From: Adineta vaga
Taxonomy: Eukaryota > Animalia > Rotifera
Assembly (NCBI GenBank): GCA_021613535.1
Contig: CP075495.1
Span: forward strand, 1,860,001-1,924,000
Reading direction: 5' to 3'
Length of the DNA: 64,000 nucleotides
The translations under genes were made by a program, and so were the position numbers. Shown here piece after piece: positions 25,427 through 39,342 of this stretch. A model generated the notes under the pieces. The model saw only the letters and a list, made by a program, of their open reading frames with translations. It had not been told where the DNA came from and made no database searches. Each line of letters begins with the position of its first letter. Position 1 is the first letter of the stretch.

Positions 25427-26424
25427 AGTGATGATTCTAATTAATCGAAGATAGAAGAATATATATACATAGATGTACGTATGTCTCGATGTGCAGAAAT
25501 TGATGTTTCTTTTATTGAGTTATGCCTCGACGAACTATGATCAAAAATGGAAAGAGAAAAGAGGCTGAAAACAATTGTCTACATGTCACTTGATGATGCA
25601 CATAAAGAGCCGAGAAAAGAGGGGCAAGAAGAAGAAGAAGAGAAAGAATGGAATTCATTCAGTTGATAATGATGATATAATTATCATTTTACATTTGTAG
25701 ATATATATATATATATATTTGCATTAGAGAGAAGTACAAGTACTTCTTCATACTTACTCGTTTACGTCGTTCATTAAGAACAAAAAAAAGGAGAACGTTG
25801 ACCAGATGATATCGAAGGAAATAAATGATAGTATTTGACATTGAAATGATATGATTAATAGGAAAAGATTTTCTATAGATTATTTACAATGTTATAATCG
25901 AGATTCTTTGAATGACATGGAAACAAACATGGCTATCTGCATGCATTAATTCTTTTCTCTTTTGTCATTCAATGAAGAAGAAAAATAAGAAATATTCTCT
26001 TTTGTTGTATCTCAACGATTTTATTGATGATAAGCATCAATAATTTTTATTTCAATTTTTTTTCTTCTCTCGTCTAATGAAAAAATGTACTAGAGAAACA
26101 GAATTGACAGTTATTTTGGATTTCAATCAAATCTAGATCATCCATTTGTACGCGTAGAATCAAAATAAATACAAATATAATGGATTTAAAATGAAATCTT
26201 TTTTTAATAATAAATTTCTTTTCTCGTCGTTTGTTTATTTTGGATTTTCATCATTTATGATCAGAAAAGAAAACTAGAGATTGAAAATATTTGTCATCTG
26301 TCTTTCGTTCTTTGTTTCTCTTCCTCCCTCACTCTCTATTTTCACCCTTTTTTTTTACTTCGAAAATTTTGAAATAAACAGCCTGTAACAACGAAAAACA
26401 GTTTAGTAGACAAGGAATCAAGAA

Positions 26425-27967
26425 ATGCAGAGTGCAAACGGGTAAATTAGTACTTCATTTTTGGTTCTAAAATAGATTTTGTTTTTCTAATCAAATGAGA
26501 TATGATCTTTTAGCTACGATGTGTCCAATCCAGATGATCGACGAGGCACACATAACATGAAAAAATTAATCAATGATATTATTACGGAAAAAATTACCGA
26601 TGAACATCCCATGGAACGACGAGCTACACCAATGGGAATGACACAAGAAGATTCTCGAGAAATCAATGAAATACTTGAAGCTTCACCGCCAACAGTAATT
26701 GAACATAATTCTATTAAAACTTACAGTTATTTAACTTTTGATAAATAGACTCCAACCGTTCAAACTCGTTATCAAAAATGTTGTGGACATATTTCACGTA
26801 CGATTGATAAAAAGAAATTCATTTTGTAATAATTTTAAATCAATTCTATATTATTTATTTTTTCTAGCTGCAACAATTATTTGGTATATCGGCGTTTGTA
26901 TATTATTTATTATTGCTTTTGTAGCTCTTGTCTTATCAGTACTTTTCTTCATTAATGGTAAGTTACTTTGTTCTTATTTTCATACATCTATGACTATTTC
27001 AATAGATGCATCAACGGATCGAGTACTTAAGTTATATGGTATAGTTGGTGCTAGTGTCTTAGCACTCATTACATTTATTATCGTATTTATGGATTGTTGG
27101 ATAGATGGTACTCGATTATATCTTGAAGAAGCTGTCGTATATCGAGTATTTCAAGTAAAAGAAGCTGATAATGAGGCTATGGCTCTACATGGTAATCGAG
27201 CGAAAGGCGATGAAGGTGAAAAGGAAAAACCGGCACCATTAATGCTTCAACAACAAGATAGAACTCCGGCTCATGCTCATCGTCATAGTCATGGTCATAA
27301 TCACCCGATGCCGTATATGGTTCCTGCTTATGTTTATTATCCTACCATGGTACCTGCTAATTCTCATTTATTTCATGGACATGGACATAACCATGGTCAT
27401 GGGCATAACCACGGTCATGGACATAATCACGGGCATGGACATGGACATGGACATGGTGGTCATGGTGGTCATCACGGTAGTAATCACGATCATAATGATA
27501 ATCATGATTCACGTTCTCTTCGTTATCGTCATTATCCCGAATCAAATCGTTCTTTATCACATCTTTCACGTCGACCTCGTCGTGTTCATACTACATCGCC
27601 AAATTCTTCTCAAATACCTATCGTTCTTAATGAATCACATAGATCAAACCCTGTTCGACATAGTCTTAATAATACTAGTATTGATGTATCAGATAAAAGT
27701 ATTCCTGTATTAAAAAGTCGAAAGATTATTCAAAAACCTAAACGTATTTCACAATCAAAAATTAAAATCAACGATGCCATACGTGGAAGCCATTTAGATC
27801 GAACGAATGGTTTACCAGTAGACACAATTAATTACGGTCCTATACCTCCTAATGTTACCGAAATTATTCATGAAACAACTGTTGTTAAAGCACCACGAAG
27901 TTTATTGCCAACATTACGAAAAACACTTGTCAAACAAAATAATCATATACCAACTGTACGTGAATAG
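26425..27967 (+). CDS. Uncharacterised two-TM protein with a His/Gly-rich tail (5 exons)
   Basis: ATG 26425 (MQSAN, then GT donor). Spliced exons give two hydrophobic helices (IIWYIGVCILFIIAFVALVLSVLFFI; LYGIVGASVLALITFIIVF), then His-rich and basic low-complexity regions. Confidence 0.7.
27372..27505 (+). repeat. Coding (HGHGHN)n / (HG)n tandem repeat
   Basis: catggacatggacataac-type 18-nt units encoding FHGHGHNHGHGHNHGHGHNHGHGHGHGHGGHGGHHGSNHDHNDNH. Confidence 0.9.
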
Positions 27968-28690
27968 TAATCAATAGAAACATTCGAACAGTTCCTGTCA
28001 TATAACTTTTTCTATATATTTTATTAAATAAATCTTGAACCTGTTCTAGATTATACAAAAGATACATTAATCTCGAATGTATTTATAGAAGAAAAAAAAG
28101 AGAGGAGATTTCTAAGTTTTCAGACATATATCGATCATGATAATTCTCTTTAAATATTATCATATGATGTTATTTTTTCTTACATTTACAAGTATTCAAT
28201 TTCTTATTAACAAAAAAATGTTTAATATTTAATACGATCAATTTTCAAAAAGAATTGATTAATGAATAGTCGTTATGTATCTTAATAACCCAACTTACTT
28301 TCTTTACTGGTATCTGTGTAGTTCATTTCTCTGTTAAAGAAATGAATGTGTATCTTACTAATCGATGTTGTTTTGTCTTACTTCTTGAATAACATTCTTA
28401 AAAAAACTATTTTGATGTCAATTGAAATCTACTATTTATTTTCATGAGTGTTCTGATGATAGAGAAGAAATACAATGTTAAAGTTTACTGATCAAATCGA
28501 ATAAATATTTTGTTTCATTAACAAAGAACAAAACAGAACAGATAATAAGGATCAATATGACATGAAATCCTCGGTTGATCGCTATTTTCTTAATTGTAAA
28601 AAATATGAAGAAAAAACAACAATAGATAAATCACATGATGTCGTTGATGTTCATTGAATTACTAAGACTAAACTAGAATAATGATAATTT

Positions 28691-29569
28691 TTATATTGTT
28701 GTATAACCTCCATCAACTAAGAAACTAGCACCAGTTGCGAAATGACATAAATCAGAAGCAAGAAAGACAATAATATTTGCAATTTCTTGTGGTGAACCTA
28801 AACGTTTCAAACATTGCTTTTTAACTTCTTCTGTAACGAATTCATCCATCGATAAATTTAAATTTGCCGCATGATTCAATGTAGCTGATGTAAATATCGT
28901 TCCTGGACAAATCGCATTACAACGAATATTATATGGACCTAAATCAAGTGCTAAATTTCGTGTCATTTGTAGAACAGCACCTTTCGTTGTACTATAAGGT
29001 ACAAAATTTGGTTGTGCAATCCAACTACTAATACTAGCAAGTTGAATAATTGAACCTGATCGTTGTTTTTTCATATATGGAACAACAGCTTTAGCCATTA
29101 AAGCATAACCACGAACGTTTACATTCAAAATATTTGTCCATGCTTCGACAGTTGCATCTTCAATTGAACATAATGTAAAAATTGCTGCACTATAAAACAA
29201 AATCTATCTATCTATTCTTCTTCATTTTCCTCTTCTAACTTACTTATTCACAAGCACATCGATTGTATTCCATTTATCTACAATCAATTTTATGGCATTA
29301 TTAATCGCTTGTTCATCAGTTACATCAAGTTCAATTGACATAACATTCTCTTTTTTTGTTTCATCTTCACTAACAATTCTTGTTGCTACTTCATCTGCCG
29401 TCTTTTTATTTACATCAGCAATGACAACACGTGCACCATGTAAGACACATGTCTGAGCAATAGCTGAACCAATACCACCACCCGCACCAGTTACAAGAAC
29501 AACTTTATTAGGTATCAATCGAGACCAGTCACCAGTTGCTTTTGATGCTTGCTCTGGAGCAGTAGACAT
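28691..29569 (-). CDS. Classical short-chain dehydrogenase/reductase, bacterial-type (FabG/BacC-like), 2 exons
   Basis: TGAGGGIG, DVLVN(N/S)AA, ASISS, YSTTK catalytic motif, NAICPG, FLASD...TGASFLVDGG. Confidence 0.9.
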
Positions 29570-29904
29570 GTTTCGATAATAAAAAGAAAAGATAAGACAT
29601 TTTTAATATTGTTCGTTTTGTTTTATATCATTAGATTAACTTTCGTTTCGAAAAGAAAGTAAACACATACCTCCATCTATTATTGTCATGAAAGAATATC
29701 TGATTGGAGAACATTACCTAGATGTAATGAGTCATTTTTCAAATCGTATTCGAATGAATGAATGAAACGACAAAAAGAACAAGAAAAATAAAGTATTGAA
29801 ATAAAAAATTGAGAAACAAATTAACATTGTAACCTTCATGTTTACATTTATGACATATATTTTTTCTTTCTTTCTATCAAATTTCCTAGATATTTTCTTT
29901 TACC

Positions 29905-32900
29905 ATGGTATTAGATGCAAATACGCTTCAAGAGAAATTAATTGAAGCATGGAAACTTCGTTCAGATGAAACAAGTTTCTCTGCATCACTTGCACCATTA
30001 GTTGCAGAATGTCAATCCGAAGAAGAATTTCGAATTTTATTTACAAGTAAAATAAACATTACATTCTTCTTTATAATATTTTCATTTTTTTTGAAAATTT
30101 AGATCAAATTCTAGCACATATCGATTCGACAACATCATCGAATCTTCTTCAATCTTATTTTAAATTTCATACTAGATCTGGTTATATCAAAGAATCATTA
30201 GTTATTGAACGTCTTCTTTTATTAACACCATCATCTTCAGTATCAATTGTTGATGATATTCAAATTAAATTTCTCTTAGAATTATTATTTGATACATTGA
30301 AAACAATGCATATTACTGCTGATCAAGCATCTCGTCTTGGTAAACAAATAAATTCTCTTGCAAAATGGCTTTGTTCAGCTCTATGTATCTATTCCAATGA
30401 AGATAATACATCTGAAGCAAATGAAATGCTTATAACAGTGTCGAATCTCTTTCTAATTTTCTTTACAAATACAACTTATTATTGTCTTTGGTTAATGACA
30501 ATTAAAGCACAAAAAGAACAAAATCAATGGAGACAATTACAAGAACAATTAGCACAAATTGGACAGAAAATGAGTTTAGGTGATGTTACACGACCTGATG
30601 TTTATGAAAAAATTCTTTCAAAGTAACAAAATCTTTTTCTCAATTCATATCGAATGAAAACAAAAAACAAAGATAATCTTCAATTTTTAGAATAACTCGA
30701 CTTCATCTTTCCGAAGATTTTCATCAAGAAGAAATCGAATTTAATTCATCTATATTCAATCCAATTATTACCATGCTTGTTATCAATCAACTTCATAAAT
30801 CATCATCAACACTTCTAATTATAGTTCGATTTTATGAACAAGTTTCAACAACATCAAATCCTTCATTAATCTATCTTCGTCTACTTCAAGCATCATTCGG
30901 TGGTTATATTGCTTCAGTTTCAACGAATAATAGCGAATATGAACAACGTTGGTCAGCATATATCTTCTTTCAATTACCACGTTTATTAGCATCATGTTTC
31001 GAAAGTCAACTCGAACATGTTAAACAAGCCATGGAAAATTTCTTATTACATAATGAGTATTTATTAAATCGTATGGATGAATTATGTGTTGAAAATGTTT
31101 TAGAACAAATCTTTCGATCAACATTAAATTATTTAACAAATGAAATACGAGAAAAAAATCAAACAATTCTCAATCAATTACTTTTCTATATACAAAAACT
31201 TCGTGGACCATTTGTACAACAAATTCAACAATATTATCTCAATCAACAACAAACACGTAAGTAAAAACAAACGATTCTTTCCATCAATAGATAAAAGAAA
31301 GAATTCTATTTTAGATTCATATTCATATCAAATTCTTCAATCACAACGAACACTTGAACAATCTTTATTTCAAATTTTATCAACAAATACAGAAGAAAAT
31401 TTACAAATATTAATAACGAATCTTATTGAATACATTCCATTAATTTGTGCTGTTGATCAATATTATTCATTTATTCGATTACTTCTAACATATACTCAAA
31501 CACATTATGATCTTGCTCTATTAATTCTTTGTTATACAACATCAATAACTAATGATCTCTCCGAAGATTTCGGACATTTAGATTATCATTATGAAACTAA
31601 ATCATCATCAAATATAATTTATATTTGGTTAAAAAAATATTGGTTATCAAGACATGTTGGTCATGCATTATTTTCTTCTTCACTCGATTCAATTGATTTG
31701 TTATCAACATTAAATAATGGATTATCATCAGACATATCTTCCGTTGATAAAAATGAATTTCTTAATGAAATTAAAATAGGTAATACAGAAATCATATCAA
31801 AGAAATATCTTGATGTAGAATATCTAACAAAAACAATTGATCTACTCGGTGAACTTCCATCATTATCATTAGAAGAAACGAAACAAATTGTTTCAGAATT
31901 AATTACATATTTAACACAAATTTCATATGGATCATTAGTACATGTTCTTCTTTGGCTTATTGCAAATTATCAAATAGCGAATGATAATGAAAGAGTATGG
32001 ATTCAAAATACAATTCATACAATGGGTAAATGATTTCAATCAAATGAGAATTATTGATGCGATAGATTTTTATCAAATATTCAACCTTTTCTTTTCGATT
32101 CTCTTGTATAGTTCGATAGTTTACTATGTTCCTAGCGAGTCATTTAGATTCTCTCTTCGTAGTGTGATAAAAAAATATCAAATATAACATTACACTTATC
32201 TTATGATCCATATCTATTACCTTTCAGTTACATTTCATTGCACACATGAATCATAGTTTAGATAAACAAAAAAAAACCAAATCGGATTCTACTTTCAGTA
32301 CATTTTGATAAAAATAGACTTGAGAATAACATTGAATTTATTTTTCTAGGCACATTAACCGATTCAAATTCAACAACATATACATTATTTGATGCTATTA
32401 AACGTCAACTTTGGTCAGATTTTATTGATAATCCTCTAATCCCATATTATACTCTTATTCCATCATTTTCTCCTTCATCTATTGCAAATAATTATACGCC
32501 ATCATCACCACAAACACCAACAACATTAATTCTTGGTTTATTTGATATCTATGTTACGAATGAATTTCTCAATTGTGAACAATCACGTGCACTTTATATT
32601 TGTTTAAAATATGTTCCAATTGATTTAATTATTACACGTTTATTTACAAATATAAATACATCAAATGGAATCTATGAAACACGTCGAGCAATATCATTTC
32701 TCTTAGGTCTAATTTTATTTCGTCGACGTTCATCAACACGTTCACTTTTACAACAATCTTTACCATATTTAATTAATATTAAATCCAATGAATTTATGCT
32801 TGAACCTAATGTTTATCATATGTGTTTATTATTAAATATTCTATTAATTTTAGAATTTCATTCAAGTAATAACCAATTAGATGATCTATTTCATGTGAAA

Positions 32901-33472
32901 TCATGGAAAAAATGCAATCAATCAAATGATTCAATGATGCTTGATACAATTGATGATCAAATCGATGAAATTCTTCCAAAATATGAAGATGATAGTGTTA
33001 CAAATGCCTATCATGAATTTTTAGATTGGTCATCAAAAGAACTTTTTCTTAGTGATAATGTTCGACCGGTGAATTATTTTCTTGGATGGTTACAAACTGT
33101 TCTCTGGATGTTTAGTCGAACAGCAAAATCACTTAAACCATTTATTAAACCAAAACTAGTAAATGAAAAAGATATTCATATATATATATATATCTATCTT
33201 TCTTTTCTCTTCTCAAGGTCGCTCAATTATCTGAATATATCTCATTACAATTTCCAATTGAAAAAGTTCTTAGTATCTTAGATCTATCTAATGATCTTGA
33301 ACTTGAATATGCATCAATGGCTATTACACGTGATTATACACATTTAGATATGATTGATATACGATCTACTTCAACATTAATTCAAAATCAATATATTATC
33401 GATAATGAAATCAATGCAATGAATCCGGTGACAATTACAAAAAATATTTATACTATACCAAGAAATCTTTAA
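29905..33472 (+). CDS. MED24: Mediator complex subunit 24 (divergent)
   Basis: N-terminal LQEKLIEAWKLR resembles MED24 LKQAILQAWKERW; SNLLQSYFKF resembles NPLILSYLKY; EQRWSAYIFFQLPRLL resembles ELKWTAFTFLKIPQVL. Large all-helical protein. Confidence 0.65.
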
Positions 33473-33753
33473 TAGAATTCTTCTTTGATTTGTATATGAG
33501 CTTAGTTTCGGCAATGTTGTTTCTTTCTTGAAATGAATATTATAATTTACTCAAGCAAATCAATATCAACGAATTGAAAAAGAATTCGCTGATTTTCTTA
33601 TATTTATGTGCAGTTATGTCAGTTGTTTGTGTATAGATACATTCTTTCTAATCATATTCATTATTTTCTATATAAACTAGCCAAGAGTTTTTTTTCTTCT
33701 GTTGACTTAAATAACACACTGTTTTTTTTCTTTCTTGTCTTTTTATAGATAAA

Positions 33754-36495
33754 ATGTATTCAGCTCTTTTTCGGCAGGTCAGACCGAAATTATTAGTTAA
33801 CAACACATTACGTACTTGTCTTATATCTGTATGGAAATCATTGAAATAACATAATTAATATAAGAGATTTTATTCTATATATCTGTATCTATAGAGAATG
33901 GAAGCATCTTCGAAAAGTTATGTTGGTGGTGCACCGGAAGCATCGGCAGACAGTAGTGAAGTTGGAGGTGCGCAACTTATTGCTGAGGCATTGAAGAAAC
34001 AGGTGATTAAATTTGTAAGATGATAACACGAAGATAGAAAGGTGTTTGATTGTTTATAGGGTATTGAATATGTCTTTGGCGTTGTTGGTATTCCAATTAT
34101 TGAAGTTGCGTTTGCCACTCAACAAGCACAGATTAAATTTATTGGCATGCGAAATGAACAATCGGTATTGAGAATAGAAATATATTTGTATACGTAGAAA
34201 AACAATCTCTGAGATACTTGTTATTTGCTTTTAGGCATCCTATGCAGCATCAGCTATTGGTTATTTGACGGGAAAGTATGTGAAATCTAGATTAATAAAC
34301 TTTTTTGATAGTACTATATGAATTTTAAACAGACCAGCCGTATGTTTAACAGTATCGGGACCTGGTCTTATTCATGCTCTTGGCGGAATGGCCAATGCAC
34401 AAGTTAATAAATGGTAAAAAATAATTAATTTATATCGCAGTGATGAAATAAGTATAAATCCTTCTTAAGGCCAATGATTGTTATGTCTGGATCATCAGAT
34501 CAACCTCAAGAATCCATGGGTGCATTCCAAGAATTTCCACAAGTATGTCTTATCGATAGGAAATAAAAATACTACTATTCAGCTTTTCTACAGGTAGAAG
34601 CAGCTCGACTCTGCTCAAAATATGCTGCACGAATTGCAACACTTGATCGCGTTCCATTTTTTGTCGAAAAAGTAACATTTTGTATTTCCCATCAAACTAA
34701 GAATTCTATTCAATACATAGGCAGTTCGATCATCAATCTATTCACCATCTGGTGTAAGTTATCTTGATATTCCCGGTGAACTTGTTACTTCTTTTATTAA
34801 TACAAATCAAGTTGAGTATGTCATATCGATTTCTATGATAGCATAAACTTTTCTTCTCGACCATGTAGACAAGTACCAAAATATCTTCCACCACCGAAAC
34901 CTGCTGCTAGTCGTGAATCAGTTCAAGAATTCATGAATTTACTACAACAAAGTCAAAAACCACTTGTCATTGTTGGAAAAGGTTGTTCATATGGTGTTGC
35001 TGAACAGGAAGCAAAGAAATTCATCGAACAATATAATTTACCATTTCTTGCTACACCGATGGGAAAAGGAACTCTTGATGATCGTCATCCATTATCTGTT
35101 GGTGCAGCACGTTCAACAGCATTGGGAGGAGCTGATTGTATTATTTTACTTGGAGCACGTTTGAATTGGATGCTTCATTTTGGTAAATCACCTCGTTTCG
35201 ATCCAAATGTGAAATTAATTCAAGTAAATCAACTAAAAATTTTCGTTTTTTTTCTTTGATTAAATTATTATATCTAGATCGATACGGATACTCGTGAATT
35301 ACATAACAATGTTCAAAGTGCATTAGCAATTCAAGCTGATCTTCAAACAGTATTAAAACAAGTAAACAATATTATTTTAAAGTGAATTGAAAAACAAAGA
35401 ATATATACCGAATTACTTGTAGTTTGTTGAAAATGATACTAAGTGGAAATATGATGGAGCAACACCATGGTGGAATTTACTTAAAAAGAAATTAGATGCT
35501 AATAAACAACGAAGTGATGTAAGAAACTGAAATATTTCAATGGAAATTGCTATTTTTTATTTCTCACATAGGCTCTTATTCGTTCCAAAGAAAGTTCAAT
35601 GCTTAATTATTATTCTGCATTTGATACAGTAAAATCTCATTTAAAGAATTCTTCGTATTGTTCATCATAAGAAAACTTTCTTCATTTAGATTCAATCAAT
35701 TATTCCTCAAGATGCAATTATTGTTAGTGAAGGTGCAAATACAATGGACATTGGACGAACAATGTTATTAAATTCTAAAGCACGTCATCGACTTGATGCC
35801 GGAACTTTTGGTAAGAAAATTGAACAAAAAAATAAAAATTATTTGGATTAAAATTGATTAGGCACAATGGGTGTTGGACCAGGTTTTGCCATTGCTGCTG
35901 CAGTCTACTGTCAAGACCATGAGCCAGGAAAACGTGTGATTTGTGTCGAAGGTGATAGTGCTTTTGGTTTCAGTGCTCTAGAATTTGAAACTGCAGCTCG
36001 GTAATCAATCTCATTAGAAAAATAAAACAGAACAGAGGTAGAAGAAGACTTTTATTCACTTTAGCTATAATCTTCCGATTATATTCATCATTATTAATAA
36101 TGGCGGTATCTATGCTGGTGTTGACGCTGAATCTTTTCAAGATATGACTCGTCAAGATGCAACATTAAAGTAATGAAATTTATCTTGGAGAGTTTTTTTA
36201 ATTAGAAAAGTATGTTCTATAGTTTACCACCAACATCATTAATGCAAGCAAATTATGAACGAATTGCAGAAGCTTTTGGTTGTCAAGGTTATTTAGCACG
36301 TTCAATTGATGAAGTAAAGAAAAGTGTGCAATCTGCATTAGCAGAAAAGACGCGTCCATCGATTATCAATGTTTTTATTGAACCATCTTCTGGTCGAGTT
36401 CAACAAGTAAGTTTTAAAAAACAGAACTCTCGTTTTTATGAATTGTATATTCGATATTCTAGGAACATGGATGGCTTACACGTTCGAAAATGTGA
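33754..36495 (+). CDS. HACL1: 2-hydroxyacyl-CoA lyase 1 (TPP enzyme), many short exons
   Basis: [85 protein letters not shown]; ends WLTRSKM*. Confidence 0.95.
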
Positions 36496-36780
36496 TTTGA
36501 TCTAACTTTTTTTTAAAAGACTTTAGTTTTACTGTTTAATCAAATATAGATAACAGGATTTTAATAAAAAAAAAAGAAAGGAGAAAAAAAAACTGATCTA
36601 TTCATATCATTTGTGGAAAAGAAAAATAATGATGCATACTTTCTTCTTATTCAAGAGAAAGAAAGTAGAAAGAATATTAAGTCGACGGGAAATGCCTTCG
36701 TCTTTATATACTTTTCTTCTTCTTCGTCTTTTTTTTACTGTCATTTAATCCAAACAAGAAGACGCATTCATTTGACGGTA

Positions 36781-39114
36781 ATGAATACGGAAGAGCAAAT
36801 AACAAAACCATCAAATAGTAAACTGAAGGTTATAATCTAAAAGGATTGTTTTACAGTTCATTAAATTTACTTTAATCTTCTTCTTTTTTTCTGCCTATAG
36901 AAAATTCGTCAACGAATATTTCATTCAGGACTCAAATTAAAAACTAAAGATGACCAACAAACCGGTCTTTTACATGAACAAAATAAAACAATCGAAGCAC
37001 CTATTCGAAATGAAGATTTCGAAGCGTATGTGAAAGTTTACATTTCAAAGAAGAATCAAACGATTCCTATACTTTTGTTTTAGTACTGGTTTTGTTATGG
37101 ATCCTCAAAATTATTTCTATCATTATTGGCTTGGAATCATATCATTTGCTGTTACCTATAATCTCTTATTAATTCCAGCTCGATATGCATTTCATGATTT
37201 AGATAGAAAATTGAAAATACTTTGGATATCATTAGATTATATTTTTGATAGCATATATTTAATTGATATTTTTATTCAATCGAGAACAGGTAGAACGAAA
37301 TAAATGAGCAAACATATAGTCATTCTTTATTGATTTCTTTTTATTAAAGGATATTTTAGTCATGGTTTATTTGTTCGTAATCATCATGTTTTATCTCGGA
37401 AGTATTTTTCTACACGTCAATTTTATGTTCGTGATTTACTTTCAATTCTTCCAACAGATGTATTTTATTTCTTTTCAAAATATCGATTTATATCAATTAT
37501 ACGTTCTAATCGTTTGTTACGTATTCATCGTTTATCTGAATTTCAAGAATTAACAGAATCACGAACAAGATTTCCTAATGCATTTCGAATCTGTTGTCTT
37601 ATATGTTTAACTCTTACACTTATTCATTGGTAAGAAATATATGTCATATTAAATCAATCTTTCTTTCTTTTCTCAAGGAATTGTTGTGCATATGTACTTA
37701 TCTGTGAACATTTGGGTTTCGGTACCGATCGATGGGTTTTACCTGCAACAGCCAAAAATGAAACAGTTGCTATGCTTTATACTTATTGTTTTTATTGGTC
37801 AACACTACTATTAAGTACTATCGGTGATGTACCATTACCAACTAAACGAGAAGAATATATCTTTGTTTTATTTGATTATATGATTGGTAAATCTTATATC
37901 ATAGATTATCCTTTTTTTGATCTAGATACTTTCATTGTAGGTATACTTATATTTGCTACTATTATTGGTAATCTTGGTACGATGATTTCATCACAAAATC
38001 AATCAAGTATATTGAGAAAGATGTGAATTGATTTTCGAATCTAATTCATTGTTTTTAGGACAACAAGTTCGTGAGAAAATGGATGAAATCAAACGTTATA
38101 TGAAATTTCGATGTGTAAATCGTAAACTTGAACAAAAAGTTATTAAATGGCTTGATTATCTCTATACAAATCGACAAGTTCTTAGTGAAGAAATGGTTTT
38201 AAATTCGGATTTAAGTGTTGAATTACGTAAAGATTTAGCTATTAAAGTTCATTTAGAATCTTTACAACAAGTCTCATTATTTCATGATTGTGAACCAAAT
38301 TTACTTATTGAATTAGTAAGGTCACATTTATTTTCATTGAAAATATGTTTTTTTGTGTTTCTTTAAGGTAACTAAATTAAAACCAACCTTCTTTGGTCCT
38401 GGTGATTATGTTTGTCAAAAAGGAGATATTGGAAAAGAAATGTATATTATCAAACGTGGTCAATTAGGTGTTGTTAGTGATGATGGTCGAACAACTTTTG
38501 TTGTTCTCAAAGAAGGTTCTGTCTTTGGTGAAATTTCTATTTTAAATATTCCGGGTATAATCTGGAATTTCTTCGATAATTGAAGAAAGCTTGAACTGAT
38601 TTGGTTTCTAGGTTCAAAAAATGGTAATCGTCGTACTGCAAATGTGAGATCATTGGGTTATTCAGATTTGTATACTTTACGAAAAGAAGATCTTTGGCAT
38701 GTACTCGATAATTATCCTGAATCTTTATCGAAAATTATTGAAAAAGGTAAATCAATATTACGTAAAGATAATCTACTTGATGAAACATTAACCGATACGA
38801 AACGTCATATTGAACAAGAACAATTATTAAGTATACAAAATCGTATAAAGAAATTAGTTGATATGGAAAAATTATTAAATGATCGTGTAACAATATTTTT
38901 CGATGGATATATTGAATCAATAAAACAATATAAAAAACAATTATCAAAAATGGAATATCATTTTGAAGCGAGAAAACCAAGTATTGCTATTACAAAGAGT
39001 GCACCGGTATCGACACCAGCTGTTCCGTTCTTTTTAAATCAATGGAGAAGACATACTGAAGCAAATTTACAGAGATTTATCAGTGCACCATCAGCACAAT
39101 TAGATGAAGAGTAA
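36781..39114 (+). CDS. Cyclic nucleotide-gated channel alpha subunit (CNGA/TAX-4-like)
   Basis: S4 [15 protein letters not shown], pore [17 protein letters not shown]-linker [19 protein letters not shown]...[16 protein letters not shown]. Confidence 0.92.
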
Positions 39115-39342
39115 AACTTTAGAAAAAGAACATTTTTTTTGTCGACCTTTCAGATTAGTATTAATGTAAGCGACTTTTTTCTTTTGTATATAAATAATAA
39201 ATTTGTAGTTATCTTAAAAGACGATTTAGTTATTGGTTATAGGAATGTAATTCATGGATGATAGAATGGATGAAAACAGAGAGAACTGAATAACGGACAA
39301 CGCGTGATTTCATTCTAGACCTTTTTTTCCTCGTTATACAGA

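Noticed and set aside
27273-27713. 146-aa Met/Ile/Val-rich ORF, plus the antisense ORF 27357-27569
   Set aside because: Shadow frames of the (HGHGHN)n repeat in the real CDS.
32027-32350. Oversized MED24 intron with a possible stop-containing (poison) exon at about 32228-32296
   Set aside because: AG/GT pairs are frequent in this sequence and there is no conservation or read evidence.
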